Assembly: GCA_030770535.1 (NCBI GenBank)
Contig: JASVEC010000165.1
Span: 1 to 38,480, forward strand
Direction of reading: 5' to 3'
Source of the DNA: Batkoa obscura
Taxonomy: Eukaryota
Length of the DNA stretch: 38,480 nt
Positions 11,984 to 22,057 of the stretch are shown piece after piece (the stretch's first letter is position 1; every line of letters begins with the position of its first letter). The notes beneath the pieces are model-generated. The model was not told the DNA's origin and made no database searches. It saw only the letters and a list, made by a program, of their open reading frames with translations. Position numbers and translations under genes: made by a program.

Positions 11984-12981
11984 TTTTAGTTTCTAGATGT
12001 TGCTGTTGCTTCGTTTTACTTTATATACTTTTATACGCATCTTTTTGAAATGATGTGATAACAGTACCCTTCACTTTTGGAGTTGTTTAAGCTACAACTT
12101 AATCATTTTTAGCCTGATGGTTACTTTATTAAAACTAAACGCATAATTATAAAAATTATAGCTTAGTAATCTAAATAGAGTTTAAATTCGACTTAGTTAT
12201 TAGTTAGTCCATTATTGTTACTTTATCATTTTCTTCCGCTTTTATAGCATTTATAACTTTAGCGAATTACTATTTTTGAAAGATCTATTACAATCTTATA
12301 AATCTATACATAAATAAAATGGTAAGTATAAGATATTAAGTTATATTGTGTGAATCAAAGATGCGAAAATTTTTACATCAAATAACTATCTCTTGATCTA
12401 ATCGTCTATGCTTAGGTTTTAATTTAAATCTATAATCTATGGTTTTACTTCAGTCTCATTTAATATAATAATAGTCATCACAGATCAACACTTGAAAACA
12501 TCCTACTATTATTATTATTATAAAATTATAAGCTTAGATTTATTTAAATAAATTTAACATTTGTCTAAATTAGTATCTTATAATTATAGATCGTTTTTAT
12601 TATTAAAATTATTCAAAATGATATAAATAGTAAATCATAGTTAAAGATATAGTGTAAATAATATAGGCTTAATATTATAAGTATTTCATAACTTATCTTT
12701 AATAAAAGAATAAAACTAATAACATTTTAAAACTTTTGTTCAAGAAATAAAGGCTTAAACTCAACTTATTCTATCTATTTATTAGAGGTATGTTTATTAA
12801 CTATAAGTTTTAATTTTTTTACCCTATAACTTATTTAATTTTAATAAAACTAAAAAAATTCACATGCAAATTACAATAAGAATAGTTATAGCTAACCAGT
12901 TTATTTAAAGACCTGAAATTTGAAAGCAAATCTTTGGGCAACAACAAAAAGTTAGGAGCTAATAAGAATGGGGCACCATTT

Positions 12982-13079
12982 GGGGGTGTTTTTTTAGCTT
13001 CATTACTTTTTCTACCTTTTAAGCACTATTTGAGTGTAAAAATTGTTAGTAAAATTCTTAAACGCAAAAATACATCCCC
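12982..13079 (+). mobile_element. MITE copy 6 (inside CYP pseudogene)
   Basis: GGGGGTG...CATCCCC, 98 bp, TSD ATTT. Confidence 0.93.
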
Positions 13080-14344
13080 ATTTGCTTATATCAAATTAAA
13101 AGGATAATCTATAGAATATTTTGTAAGTAGAATTGAAAACATAACTTTTGTTCCAAAATGGAAAAAGAGTTACCAATATAAAATCAACTCCCTCCAGATC
13201 TAAAAAATTATCATTTTCATTACCGAAATAAATAATATCTTCCTTGTTATTCTTATTATTAGTTTCATTGAAAAATCTTTTTGATATGAGTTTATTTGCA
13301 TAACCTTCAGGAATATGGAAGCCATTAACTTTAAACTCTTTTTATTAATTATAGCTGATAGTCTGTATACAAGGGGATATAATCTTACAGTTTCTTTAAT
13401 AATAAACAATAAATAGTTCATTTCTTTAACCTGTTCATTAGTAAGAAATTGAATTCTGTCAACGTTTTACAATTTTTATATTCCTTTAATCTCACTATTT
13501 TGATAACTTTTTTACATGCTTTTTCCTAAACATTTGAATTTCCAGCTAGAAAATGTAAAGCTCCTGGTAGGATAAAAGTTGTGGTGTCATGTCCAGCTAA
13601 TGTATATCATTGAAATATATCTTATTCTCTTATCTCTAAATGAGATCTTATTATTTAAATTAGCTTTTATCATTAAAGTTAAAAAATCACCATCACTATT
13701 ATTATCATACATACTATTATTCTTTATGATTGTATTCCTTTTTTTGTTCAAAACAAGTTTCAATTAAAGTTAAGTTTTCATACGAAATCTTTCTAGATAG
13801 ATCTCAGACACTATCAAGAAGCGCAAATATTAAATAAATAGGATAAAATAAATCACTAATGACTTGGTTGTATGCTCATATGAAACCCACTGCTTGATTT
13901 CCAACTGAATTAAAATTAATACTCATAATACCTTTATTTAAAGAATCCACAGTTATCTTTTACACATACCTATAAACATCAACTGAGCATTCATAGGTTG
14001 ATTAAAATATTTTTACAAAATTTAAAATGATAGGTTAGAATAAGAAGATAGTGCTATTTTTTTTTAAATACTTGTCCAATTTTGTAATGTTTTTTTCAGG
14101 CAGTACCATCAGAGTAGACCGCATTTTTACCCATGGACTTTGAAAATAAAATATGTAGAAGATTATCTGCGTATTTCTTTAGGGAAATTACCACTATCGG
14201 TTAATATCATCCTTACTGTTTTTAGGGAGTTGATAATGATCTCCCACGTCCCATAATTAAACATAGTTATTAATTTGTATTTATTTAAATCCTTTTTTGT
14301 CAATTTTTCATGCTTCACATCCCTAGGCTTACTTGAAAACATAT

Positions 14345-14443
14345 AGGGGTGTTTTTTTTGGCTTCATCACTTCTTCCATCTTTTAAGCCCTATTTGTGTG
14401 AAAAAACTATCACTAGAATTTTTAAACCCAAAAATACATCCCT
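14345..14443 (+). mobile_element. MITE copy 7 (inside CYP pseudogene)
   Basis: AGGGGTG...CATCCCT, 99 bp, TSD ATAT. Confidence 0.92.
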
Positions 14444-14864
14444 ATATGTTTAAAACATTGGTAGGTTGATTTTGATGGCAAATCACTTAACTTAGGGGCT
14501 TCTTTAGTATAAAAAAGTAGATGAATGAAAGTAAACCAAATAGACCAAATCGTATTAGATTTGAGGGTATGGGGCTGTCCTAATTGGTTTCAGAATCTAC
14601 TTAGAAATTAGTCCAAATTTAAAATTTCAAGTTTGTGTCCAATATAACGGTTAAATCTAAAAAGCCTAAAATTAAATGTCTCTATTTAAAACTTATTTTA
14701 ATTGTTTCCTTTTCTTAAATAGCTAATTTTCCTAACTATGTATTTTATGTTAGTTCTGTTAGATATTTAACAGATATATAATATATAACTATATGATTAT
14801 ATAATTATATAAACACAGTTATTTGACTTTATTTGACTTTATTTTTTGTTGAAATAAAAATAAA

Positions 14865-16568
14865 ATGCAAACTTTCATAACTAAACTTCGAAATGGAATT
14901 TTTGAAAACTTCAATACAATAGGGAGGAGTACACAATATAAACATTGTAATTCATTTACATCAATCTTAAGAGCTACTTATAACAACCCAAGGTTTATGG
15001 AATTTTATAATAAAACAAAACAAAGAAAAGATATATTATCAAAGTTTACTATCGATAATAATAAACTTAATCAAGTAATGTATAAAATTAGTGCTTTAAG
15101 GGAAACAGGAAACAAAAACCAGCAAGTAGCGTTATTATCAACTATAGCTTCAGTATATTCTTTTGATGAATGTAAGAGTTTTGGGTTTAATATAAATAGA
15201 AATCAATATGATTATTCAAAAACAAGTAATAATAATAAAATATCAACATTAAAACCTATTATTAAAAATACAAAAAAAATTAAAGATGACCAAATTGAAA
15301 CTATCATACAATATTTACTAAATGATTCAACTATTTCATCAAGATTTAATAAAAAAAATAATGATAGTAAATATTCATCAGATAATATATATATATTAAA
15401 TAAAAGTAGAAGAATGATATATAGTAAATATTTGAATGATCTAAGAGATAAAGCAGTAGCTAGGTCAACGTTCTTTAAATATATATCAACTAATTTCAAA
15501 AATCCAGCAAGAAAAACGGATCTATGTAATATATGTACCCAGTATACAGTTAGAAAAAAGTTATTTGAAAACAAAATAAATACAGCAAAAAACAAAGCAG
15601 AGATAGAAGAAATTTTCAACGAAGAAGAAAAATTATACAAATTACATAAATTCTGTGTTGATACTCAAAAAAACACATTTAATGAAACTATTAAAAAATT
15701 AAATAACAAAAGTTGTATAATAGTTTTAGATTTTAAACAAAATATGGAAATAGGGACAAGACCAGATTCAATAAATCTAGATCATTATAATAAACAAGCT
15801 ATATCAGTATTAGGTTTTGGTGTATTATATTTAAAAGATGATAAAACAATAGGCAAAGTTTACTTTGATTATTTATCTGAAATATTGAATCATGATTCAG
15901 CATATGCAGGAGATTGTTTAATCAATTTGATCTCTACAGAGCTTCTATTTAAAAAGTTTACAAAAATTAATATATGGGCAGATACAGGAAATCATTTTAG
16001 ATCCCAAGAGTTTCTACACTATATCTTTAAAGAAATTCATAAAATAAATAGTAGTTTGGATGTTAATCTTAATTTTTTTGCTGAGCATCATGGAAAAAGT
16101 ATAGTTGATGGGCATTTTGGAAACCTTTCAAAATGGAAAAGTAGTTTTGAAGCGTTAGGTAAAATAGAAGATATTGATCAATTAATTTCAAGATTTGAGG
16201 CTTTTATTTGTGAGCATAATAAAATTAATAACTCAACTGTTAATAATGGGAAAACAGATATAATTTTTAAAAAATATAAAAGAAATAAAAATACAAAAAG
16301 AATAATAGAGATGCAGGGCATTAAGAAGTATTTACATTTTATTAAACATAACAATAAACTACATTGTTATCCAGTATCTGATACATCAAAAAAAAGCGAT
16401 ATAGTCCCAATTAAAGTTATAGAGTCTATAGAAAACAGAAAAATTAAAAGATCGATCCCAGCTTACCTTACGAAGATAACAGAGAATTTAAAATTTTCGA
16501 TATTTACTAAGCAAGTAAGTAGTTTGTTAAATGATAGAAATAGATTGTTAAATGTTAAGATTACTTAA
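14865..16568 (+). CDS. Sola2-like DDD transposase (567 aa, uninterrupted)
   Basis: KTDLCNIC...H Zn-binding motif; catalytic-type motifs VLDFKQN, IWADTGNHF, FFAEHHGKSIVDGHFG (compare Sola2 DFxEN / SDGxxxQ / HGKxxxDG); lies between TIRs. Confidence 0.85.
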   Translation: MQTFITKLRNGIFENFNTIGRSTQYKHCNSFTSILRATYNNPRFMEFYNKTKQRKDILSKFTIDNNKLNQVMYKISALRETGNKNQQVALLSTIASVYSFDECKSFGFNINRNQYDYSKTSNNNKISTLKPIIKNTKKIKDDQIETIIQYLLNDSTISSRFNKKNNDSKYSSDNIYILNKSRRMIYSKYLNDLRDKAVARSTFFKYISTNFKNPARKTDLCNICTQYTVRKKLFENKINTAKNKAEIEEIFNEEEKLYKLHKFCVDTQKNTFNETIKKLNNKSCIIVLDFKQNMEIGTRPDSINLDHYNKQAISVLGFGVLYLKDDKTIGKVYFDYLSEILNHDSAYAGDCLINLISTELLFKKFTKINIWADTGNHFRSQEFLHYIFKEIHKINSSLDVNLNFFAEHHGKSIVDGHFGNLSKWKSSFEALGKIEDIDQLISRFEAFICEHNKINNSTVNNGKTDIIFKKYKRNKNTKRIIEMQGIKKYLHFIKHNNKLHCYPVSDTSKKSDIVPIKVIESIENRKIKRSIPAYLTKITENLKFSIFTKQVSSLLNDRNRLLNVKIT

Positions 16569-16569
16569 G

Positions 16570-16995
16570 TTATTAATAGCTAAGTTAATAAATAGTCAAA
16601 GAACAAGTAACTGTAATAATATGTAAAAACTATTATTACTTGTACTATATAGGGATGGTTAATTATAGTTTTGGGGCTGACCACTCCCTCCCATGCAGCT
16701 ATTTATTAACTTGGCAATATATTGATAATGTAATTATAACATTAAAGTAGTTTATTTATTTGATAATAAATCTACGATGTTGGCTATAAAGCAGTTGATA
16801 ATAAATATTTCTCAATTAAGCTTTATAAGAACATGTATTTAAGATCTAGTAGAAATTCAACTAACTTACAGTATGAGCTATAATAGAATGATTTAGAACT
16901 GTGTTTGGGTACTTTTGTTTTAATAAAAGATGTGATTTTATAGAATTTTAAGCGAAGTTTTTAAAATACAAAATTTTTCAAAAATTGGATAAAAT
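16570..16995 (+). ncRNA. Candidate structured RNA or structured 3' UTR in the transposon right end
   Basis: 16579-16595 pairs with 16699-16715 (17 bp, one G-U), extended by 16570-16578/16720-16728, enclosing two hairpins; further hairpins at 16737-16782, 16785-16827, 16912-16929 and 16931-16970; non-Watson-Crick pairs are mostly G-U on the + strand. Confidence 0.5.
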
Positions 16996-17200
16996 AATGA
17001 AACTAATTCAGACAACCCCGTATGTTGAGTTTTTTTGTACTATAAATTCCCGTCTTTCTTTTTTTAAAATATTGGTATGGATTTAAAATTGCTCGACTAT
17101 TAATCTCTGTTTTACGTTATTTTTATTATACATATTGTTATTATTTTATCTTTAAAGCTAATTTTAATTCTATGGATCCATACTCAGCCTATAATAATAT

Positions 17201-17298
17201 GGGGATGTATTTTTGTATTTAAGAATTTTACTGACAATTTTTCCACATAAATAGTGCTTAAAAAATGGAAAAATAATGAAACTAAAAAAAACAGCCCC
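17201..17298 (-). mobile_element. MITE copy 8
   Basis: GGGGATG...CAGCCCC, 98 bp, TSD ATAT. Confidence 0.93.
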
Positions 17299-17709
17299 AT
17301 ATGTTATTTTGGTTATGTATAACTTTTGTGTTCACAATCCCAATTGGCAGATTTATAGTATGTGAATTAAATTACTATACTAAAGTGATAAAATAGTTTA
17401 TTGATTGCTATATAAAATAATTTTTCTATTATTGTTATTTTTGATTTTGTCCAATTTCATGTTACTGTTACATTTTTAACTACAAGCTTTGCTTAAATAT
17501 TATCTTAAAGTAGATAGTATAAATGAGGCCTTATATATATTTATAGAAGACTTAGTATTATAATGTCTTAATTATACTTTAATACATACTTTATTATAAA
17601 ATAATTCCTATAAAGTATCTAAAAACCATTTACTATATCTCTTTTCTTCTCTTTTTGTATTATTGAGTAAACCAAAGTTTAATTTTATTTATATATAACT
17701 TTGATAAAT

Positions 17710-17805
17710 GGTGATGCATTTTTTTGTTTGAAAATTTTACTAATGATCTTTCCGCTCAAATAACACTTAAAAATCGAAAAAGTGATGAAATCAAAAAACA
17801 CCCTC
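17710..17805 (-). mobile_element. MITE copy 9
   Basis: GGTGATG...CACCCTC, TSD AAAT. Confidence 0.88.
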
Positions 17806-18200
17806 AAATAGTGAATTATAAAATAAGTTTTAATATATTTGAAGATAAAACGCCAGGAGCTTTCAAGCAGAAAATACATATTATTTGACTCTATTTATTA
17901 GTTTAAATATCATAGATAAATAAAATTTAAAAAAGCTAAAAAGACATTGAATAGTTATTAAAAGGTTTATTTCCGATTTGATATTTTTATTTTTTAATTG
18001 AAAATTACTCTTTTAATTTATATTGTATTCATTGACAAATATTTTTGCAAAAAATTAACTTGAATAAGTTAATGGTAAAAGTAAAGAGAGTATATTAAAA
18101 ATGGCTATATAAATTTAAGCTTTTAATATAGTAAATGTTAAATCTCTAATTGCCACTAAAATCTTTTATAGTTAATATTATAAAATGATTTTTATAAAAT

Positions 18201-18299
18201 GGGGATGTTTTTTTTGGCTTCATCATTTTTTCCATCTTTTAAGCGCCATTTGAGCGGAAAAATTATTAGCAAAATTCTTAAACACAGAAATACATCCCC
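18201..18299 (+). mobile_element. MITE copy 10
   Basis: GGGGATG...CATCCCC, 99 bp, TSD AAAT. Confidence 0.93.
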
Positions 18300-18498
18300 A
18301 AATGTTTAAAAACCGTTTGAAAATAATACTTGAAAACTACTTTATTAGTTTTATTTATTTGAAACTATATGATTAAAAATTGATAAAATATTAACCAAAA
18401 TAAAATTAACTCAAATAGACTAATTAAAGTTATATAAATTAGTTTAAAAAATTATTTTTTATTATTTTCTATTATTTTAATTTTTAGTTTTAGTGTAT

Positions 18499-18595
18499 GA
18501 GGATGTATTTTTTTGTTTAAGAATTTTACTAACAATCTTTCTTCTTAAATAGTGCTTGAAAATCGAAAAAATCATGAAGCCAAAAAAACATCCCT
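18499..18595 (-). mobile_element. MITE copy 11
   Basis: GAGGATG...CATCCCT, TSD GTAT (same as the autonomous element). Confidence 0.9.
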
Positions 18596-19186
18596 GTATA
18601 TTAAGTTTGAAAACCCTATATAAAAGTATTGAAATCAAGTAAAAATAATCACTTGACTATCATGGTTTTTAGCCCTACTATCCTGATATGCTCTGAAATG
18701 CTGTATTTGGCATTTATCAAAAATGAGCTATATTTAAAGTTTAAATAAATTGACTAAACAATCAAATATCTACAAATAGCAATCGAATAAAGTACGATTA
18801 ATATACCTACGCTAATACCATAGGGACGGAGTGAATAAAACTTATATAGATATAGTACGCTACGCTATATAGCCAATAGTATGAAATATTTAGAAATGAT
18901 TATAAACCTAAAAAATGATTATAACCCTAAAATTACCTTAACAAACTATAAAGCTTCTGATAACAATCTTTTATTTCATAATAATATGAGAGAAAGCTCA
19001 ACTATCTATTTGGTGTGGGATTGGAATTTAAGTATACTAAGTTACTTTAAGTGTTCTTTATAGAATATATAAATGAAACATTATTTAAGTTATACTTTTT
19101 GTACTAGTATAATTCTAATTTACTTGGAAAATTCAAATATGACTTGAATAAAAGGGTAGTAATAACTATAATAGCTTATTTATCAT

Positions 19187-20245
19187 TTAGTTATTGAGCA
19201 CCACTCTGTATCTAACTTTACCATCACGTACAAGCTGTATACCTTCATTGCATTTATCCATAGGATAATTTTCAATCCAAGGATAAACTTTATGCTTTGC
19301 TGCAAAATCCAACATTTGACGAATTTCATTTGGAGATCCAATAAGCGAACCACTAAAGCCAATGTTTTTCTTTACCAAAGTAAATGGACTCAATGTAATA
19401 TTGGATTCTGGTACTGCTAACAATATGATTTTACCATCAATATCCATCCAATTAGCAAAGCGATCCCATTGTGCATTATCTCCATTACTGGTTACAATAA
19501 GATAGTTCAATGTATTTTTAACTTTAATTAATTCTTCTTCATTGCTATAAGCAATGAAATGTTTAGCTCCCATCTTTTTAGCGTCTTCTTCTTTAGAATG
19601 GGAGTGGGACAAAGCATACACTTCACATCCCAAAGCATTAGCAAATTGAATAGCCAAATGACCTAAACCTCCAATTCCAAGTACACCAACTTTATCACCT
19701 GCTTTAAATCCTTGTTGAATCATAGGAGTATATACAGTAGCACCAGCACATAATAGAGGTGCAGCTTTATCTGAAGGTATACTTTCTGGTATATGAAATA
19801 CAAAATCTTGTTGAACCCTAATAGCTTCTGCGTAACCACCATAAGTTTTTGAATTATCTATTGATCTCTTTGAATTATAGGTTTCTCCCATTTTCTCACA
19901 ATGTGCTTCTCTTTGACGTTTACAAGCATAACAATCCTTATTCATACAACAGGAACATTGGGCTCCTACTCCTACACGATCTCCTATTTTGAATCCTTTC
20001 ACCTCTGGTCCTAAAGATACTATTTCACCTACAATTTCATGACCCACTATTACTGGATAATTGGCTGGGGCCCATCCACTATCCATTACATGAATATCAG
20101 TGCCACAGATACCACAATGGGTTATCTTAACTTCAATATCGTTGGGTTGAAGTGGGGCTGGATTGTAGATATATTTGACTAATTTTTCATCTTTTCCATG
20201 ACAAGCATAGCCATTTATTTTACTGTATTTTGCTGTGCTGGACAT
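19187..20245 (-). CDS. NADP-dependent Zn alcohol dehydrogenase, cinnamyl-ADH/ADH6-like, paralog 2 (352 aa)
   Basis: CGICGTDIH, GHEIVG, AAPLLCAG, GIGGLGHL, RYRVVL. Confidence 0.95.
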   Translation of the reverse strand: MSSTAKYSKINGYACHGKDEKLVKYIYNPAPLQPNDIEVKITHCGICGTDIHVMDSGWAPANYPVIVGHEIVGEIVSLGPEVKGFKIGDRVGVGAQCSCCMNKDCYACKRQREAHCEKMGETYNSKRSIDNSKTYGGYAEAIRVQQDFVFHIPESIPSDKAAPLLCAGATVYTPMIQQGFKAGDKVGVLGIGGLGHLAIQFANALGCEVYALSHSHSKEEDAKKMGAKHFIAYSNEEELIKVKNTLNYLIVTSNGDNAQWDRFANWMDIDGKIILLAVPESNITLSPFTLVKKNIGFSGSLIGSPNEIRQMLDFAAKHKVYPWIENYPMDKCNEGIQLVRDGKVRYRVVLNN

Positions 20246-20903
20246 TTTTTTATAAAACTATACTGTTTGTTTTCTGATTATTTATACTATTTGATTATTG
20301 TTATGTTATAGGTTGATATTTTATGTATAATTGTGTTAACTTTTTAGCTAAATCTAAACCAGGAGAAACAAAAGACCGAAAAAATTTAATTTTTGATGAT
20401 AATATAAAGAACATAAAACGAGGCTTATCAAATAATCTAAGTATTTAAGAATATCTGAATTGTTGGTTTTAGATTTACTTAAATTTTAAGCTTTTAAGCT
20501 TAAAATAAATCTTTAACACGTGATTAGTTGAATTTTAACTTAAAAGACTTATTTTAGTTATTTTATCAAAATTTAGTAAAAATATATACATTAAATAAAA
20601 GTAAAAAAACGATATATAGTTTCATTAATAGTATTAAAAGATTGTAGTTTAAATAAAAAAATAAAGCAGTATCTAAGTTAACATTTCTTAAATATATATT
20701 AAATAGTTTTAAGAATATAACAAAAGATAGATTTATATAATATATATACCTAGTATATAATTAAAAAAATTATTTAAAAATAAAACGAAGATAAATAAAA
20801 ATTAAATAATGAAAGTTATATAATACCTTTAGGCTTTAAATAAAATATGGAAATAAAAATAAACCCAGATTTAATGAATTTATATTGTTATAATAAATAA
20901 CCC

Positions 20904-21378
20904 ATATTAGTGTGAAATCCAGTACTCAGTGATTGGTGCTAAAAGTAGTTTTTGGTTGATTGGGTGGCTGTAAGTCGAAAGGACTTAGTCTAGCTAACTA
21001 AGATAGACTTGAATTATGAAGCATAACACATAATAGGCTACTAAATATGTAAGACAAATAGAATAGATAATACTGCTGTAAAATCTACATAAAGTACCAT
21101 CAGAAAGATTTAGTAGCTTTATTAAAGGTACTATATCAGGGAATAATTTAATTAAAAAGCCTCGAATTATTGTAAAGGATCTCTTTTATACCCCAACAAG
21201 TATAGATATCAAAACCAGAAGATAATATCCTTTGCGATTTGAAGTTAAGAATTCCCTCAGTAAATCAAAATAAGAGACCCTAGATTGATTGTGTCTGAAC
21301 TCGAGAATATAATGACTTAAGTGATTGTTATGTTATAATCAATCATAGAGCCGACAAAGCAACATTTCATATTAGTAT
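20904..21378 (+). ncRNA. Candidate ~475-nt highly structured ncRNA of unknown class
   Basis: 15-bp closing helix 20904-20918/21364-21378 (3 G-U pairs), nested long-range helices, a pseudoknot, GC-richer than the flanks, no ORF. Confidence 0.55.
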
Positions 21379-21962
21379 TAAAATTTGGTGTTTTATATTT
21401 AAAAAATAATGGAATAATAAACTTTGTTTATTTTAATTGTCTATTTAAGATATTAAACTATAATTCAATATATACAAAAATTGTTCAATTAATTTAAGAT
21501 CCAAAGAGTTTTTAAAAAGTTTCTAAAAATTAATACATAAGCAGATACAAGAAACTATTTTAAATTTCAAAAGTTGTTGTATTATATATTTGAAAAAATT
21601 ATAAGATAAATAATAGTTAAAAAACTAGTTTTGATTTTTTTATTAAGTATTATAGAAAAAACATAGTTGATAGCCATTTAAAAAACCTTTCATAACAAAA
21701 AAATAGTTCTAAACCATTAGATAAAATAAGAAATATTGATTAGTTGGTTTTAAAATTTAAGGTTTTTATTTACAAATATAATAAATTTTATAATTTAACT
21801 GCTAATAACAAAAAACATATATATTTATAATACTAAGATAGTTCACTTATTTATATATTACAGCTTTAATTAATATTAATACATAAGTTATGTTAGTAAA
21901 TTTTTTGCTAATTTAGGAATTTTTATCAACTTTGATAAAAATTCTATCAATTTACAACATAT

Positions 21963-22057
21963 GGGGGTGTTTTTTTAGCTTCATTTTTTTCTATTTTTAA
22001 GCACTACTTGAGCGGAAAAATTGTTAGTAAAATTATTAAGCAAAAAAATACATCCCC
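21963..22057 (+). mobile_element. MITE copy 12
   Basis: GGGGGTG...CATCCCC, TSD ATAT. Confidence 0.92.

Larger units (their letters stand above)
12900..14570 (-). pseudogene. Cytochrome P450 pseudogene, interrupted by two MITEs and the Sola-like transposon (first ~10 codons lie at ~17024-17053)
   Basis: Minus-strand remnants in correct order: TM anchor NLIRFGLFGLLSFIY, APKLSDLP, GTWEIII...MILTDSGNFPK, MGKNAVYSDGTA*KKH, ExxR motif YLLFIIKETVRLYP, decayed heme motif GGS*FYIGNSFSILEQK; many stops and frameshifts. Confidence 0.85.
14571..17019 (+). mobile_element. Complete Sola2-like DNA transposon (2,449 bp)
   Basis: Left end GGGGCTGTCCTAATTGGTTTCA vs right end (revcomp) GGGGTTGTCTGAATTAGTTTCA, 18/22 matches; GTAT duplicated at 14567-14570 and 17020-17023; removing it restores the CYP frame LNIPSNLIRFGLFG; 5'-GRG termini and 4-bp TSDs are typical of Sola2. 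Confidence 0.88.

Noticed and set aside
15212..15640. Antisense and overlapping ORFs (15212-15640, 8963-9229, 10981-11229, 11132-11410, 27932-28156, 29217-29480)
   Set aside because: Shadow frames of real genes, with low-complexity translations
14865..16568. 567-aa ORF as a Fanzor/TnpB nuclease
   Set aside because: No RuvC-I D-x-G, RuvC-II E, or C-terminal zinc finger plus RD-x-N motif; the motifs fit a Sola-type DDD transposase
21037..21132. Pseudoknot as a group I intron P3/P7 core, and GAGCCG at ~21348 as group II domain V
   Set aside because: The topology is loosely compatible, but conserved P/Q/R/S sequences, a domain V hairpin and flanking exons are lacking
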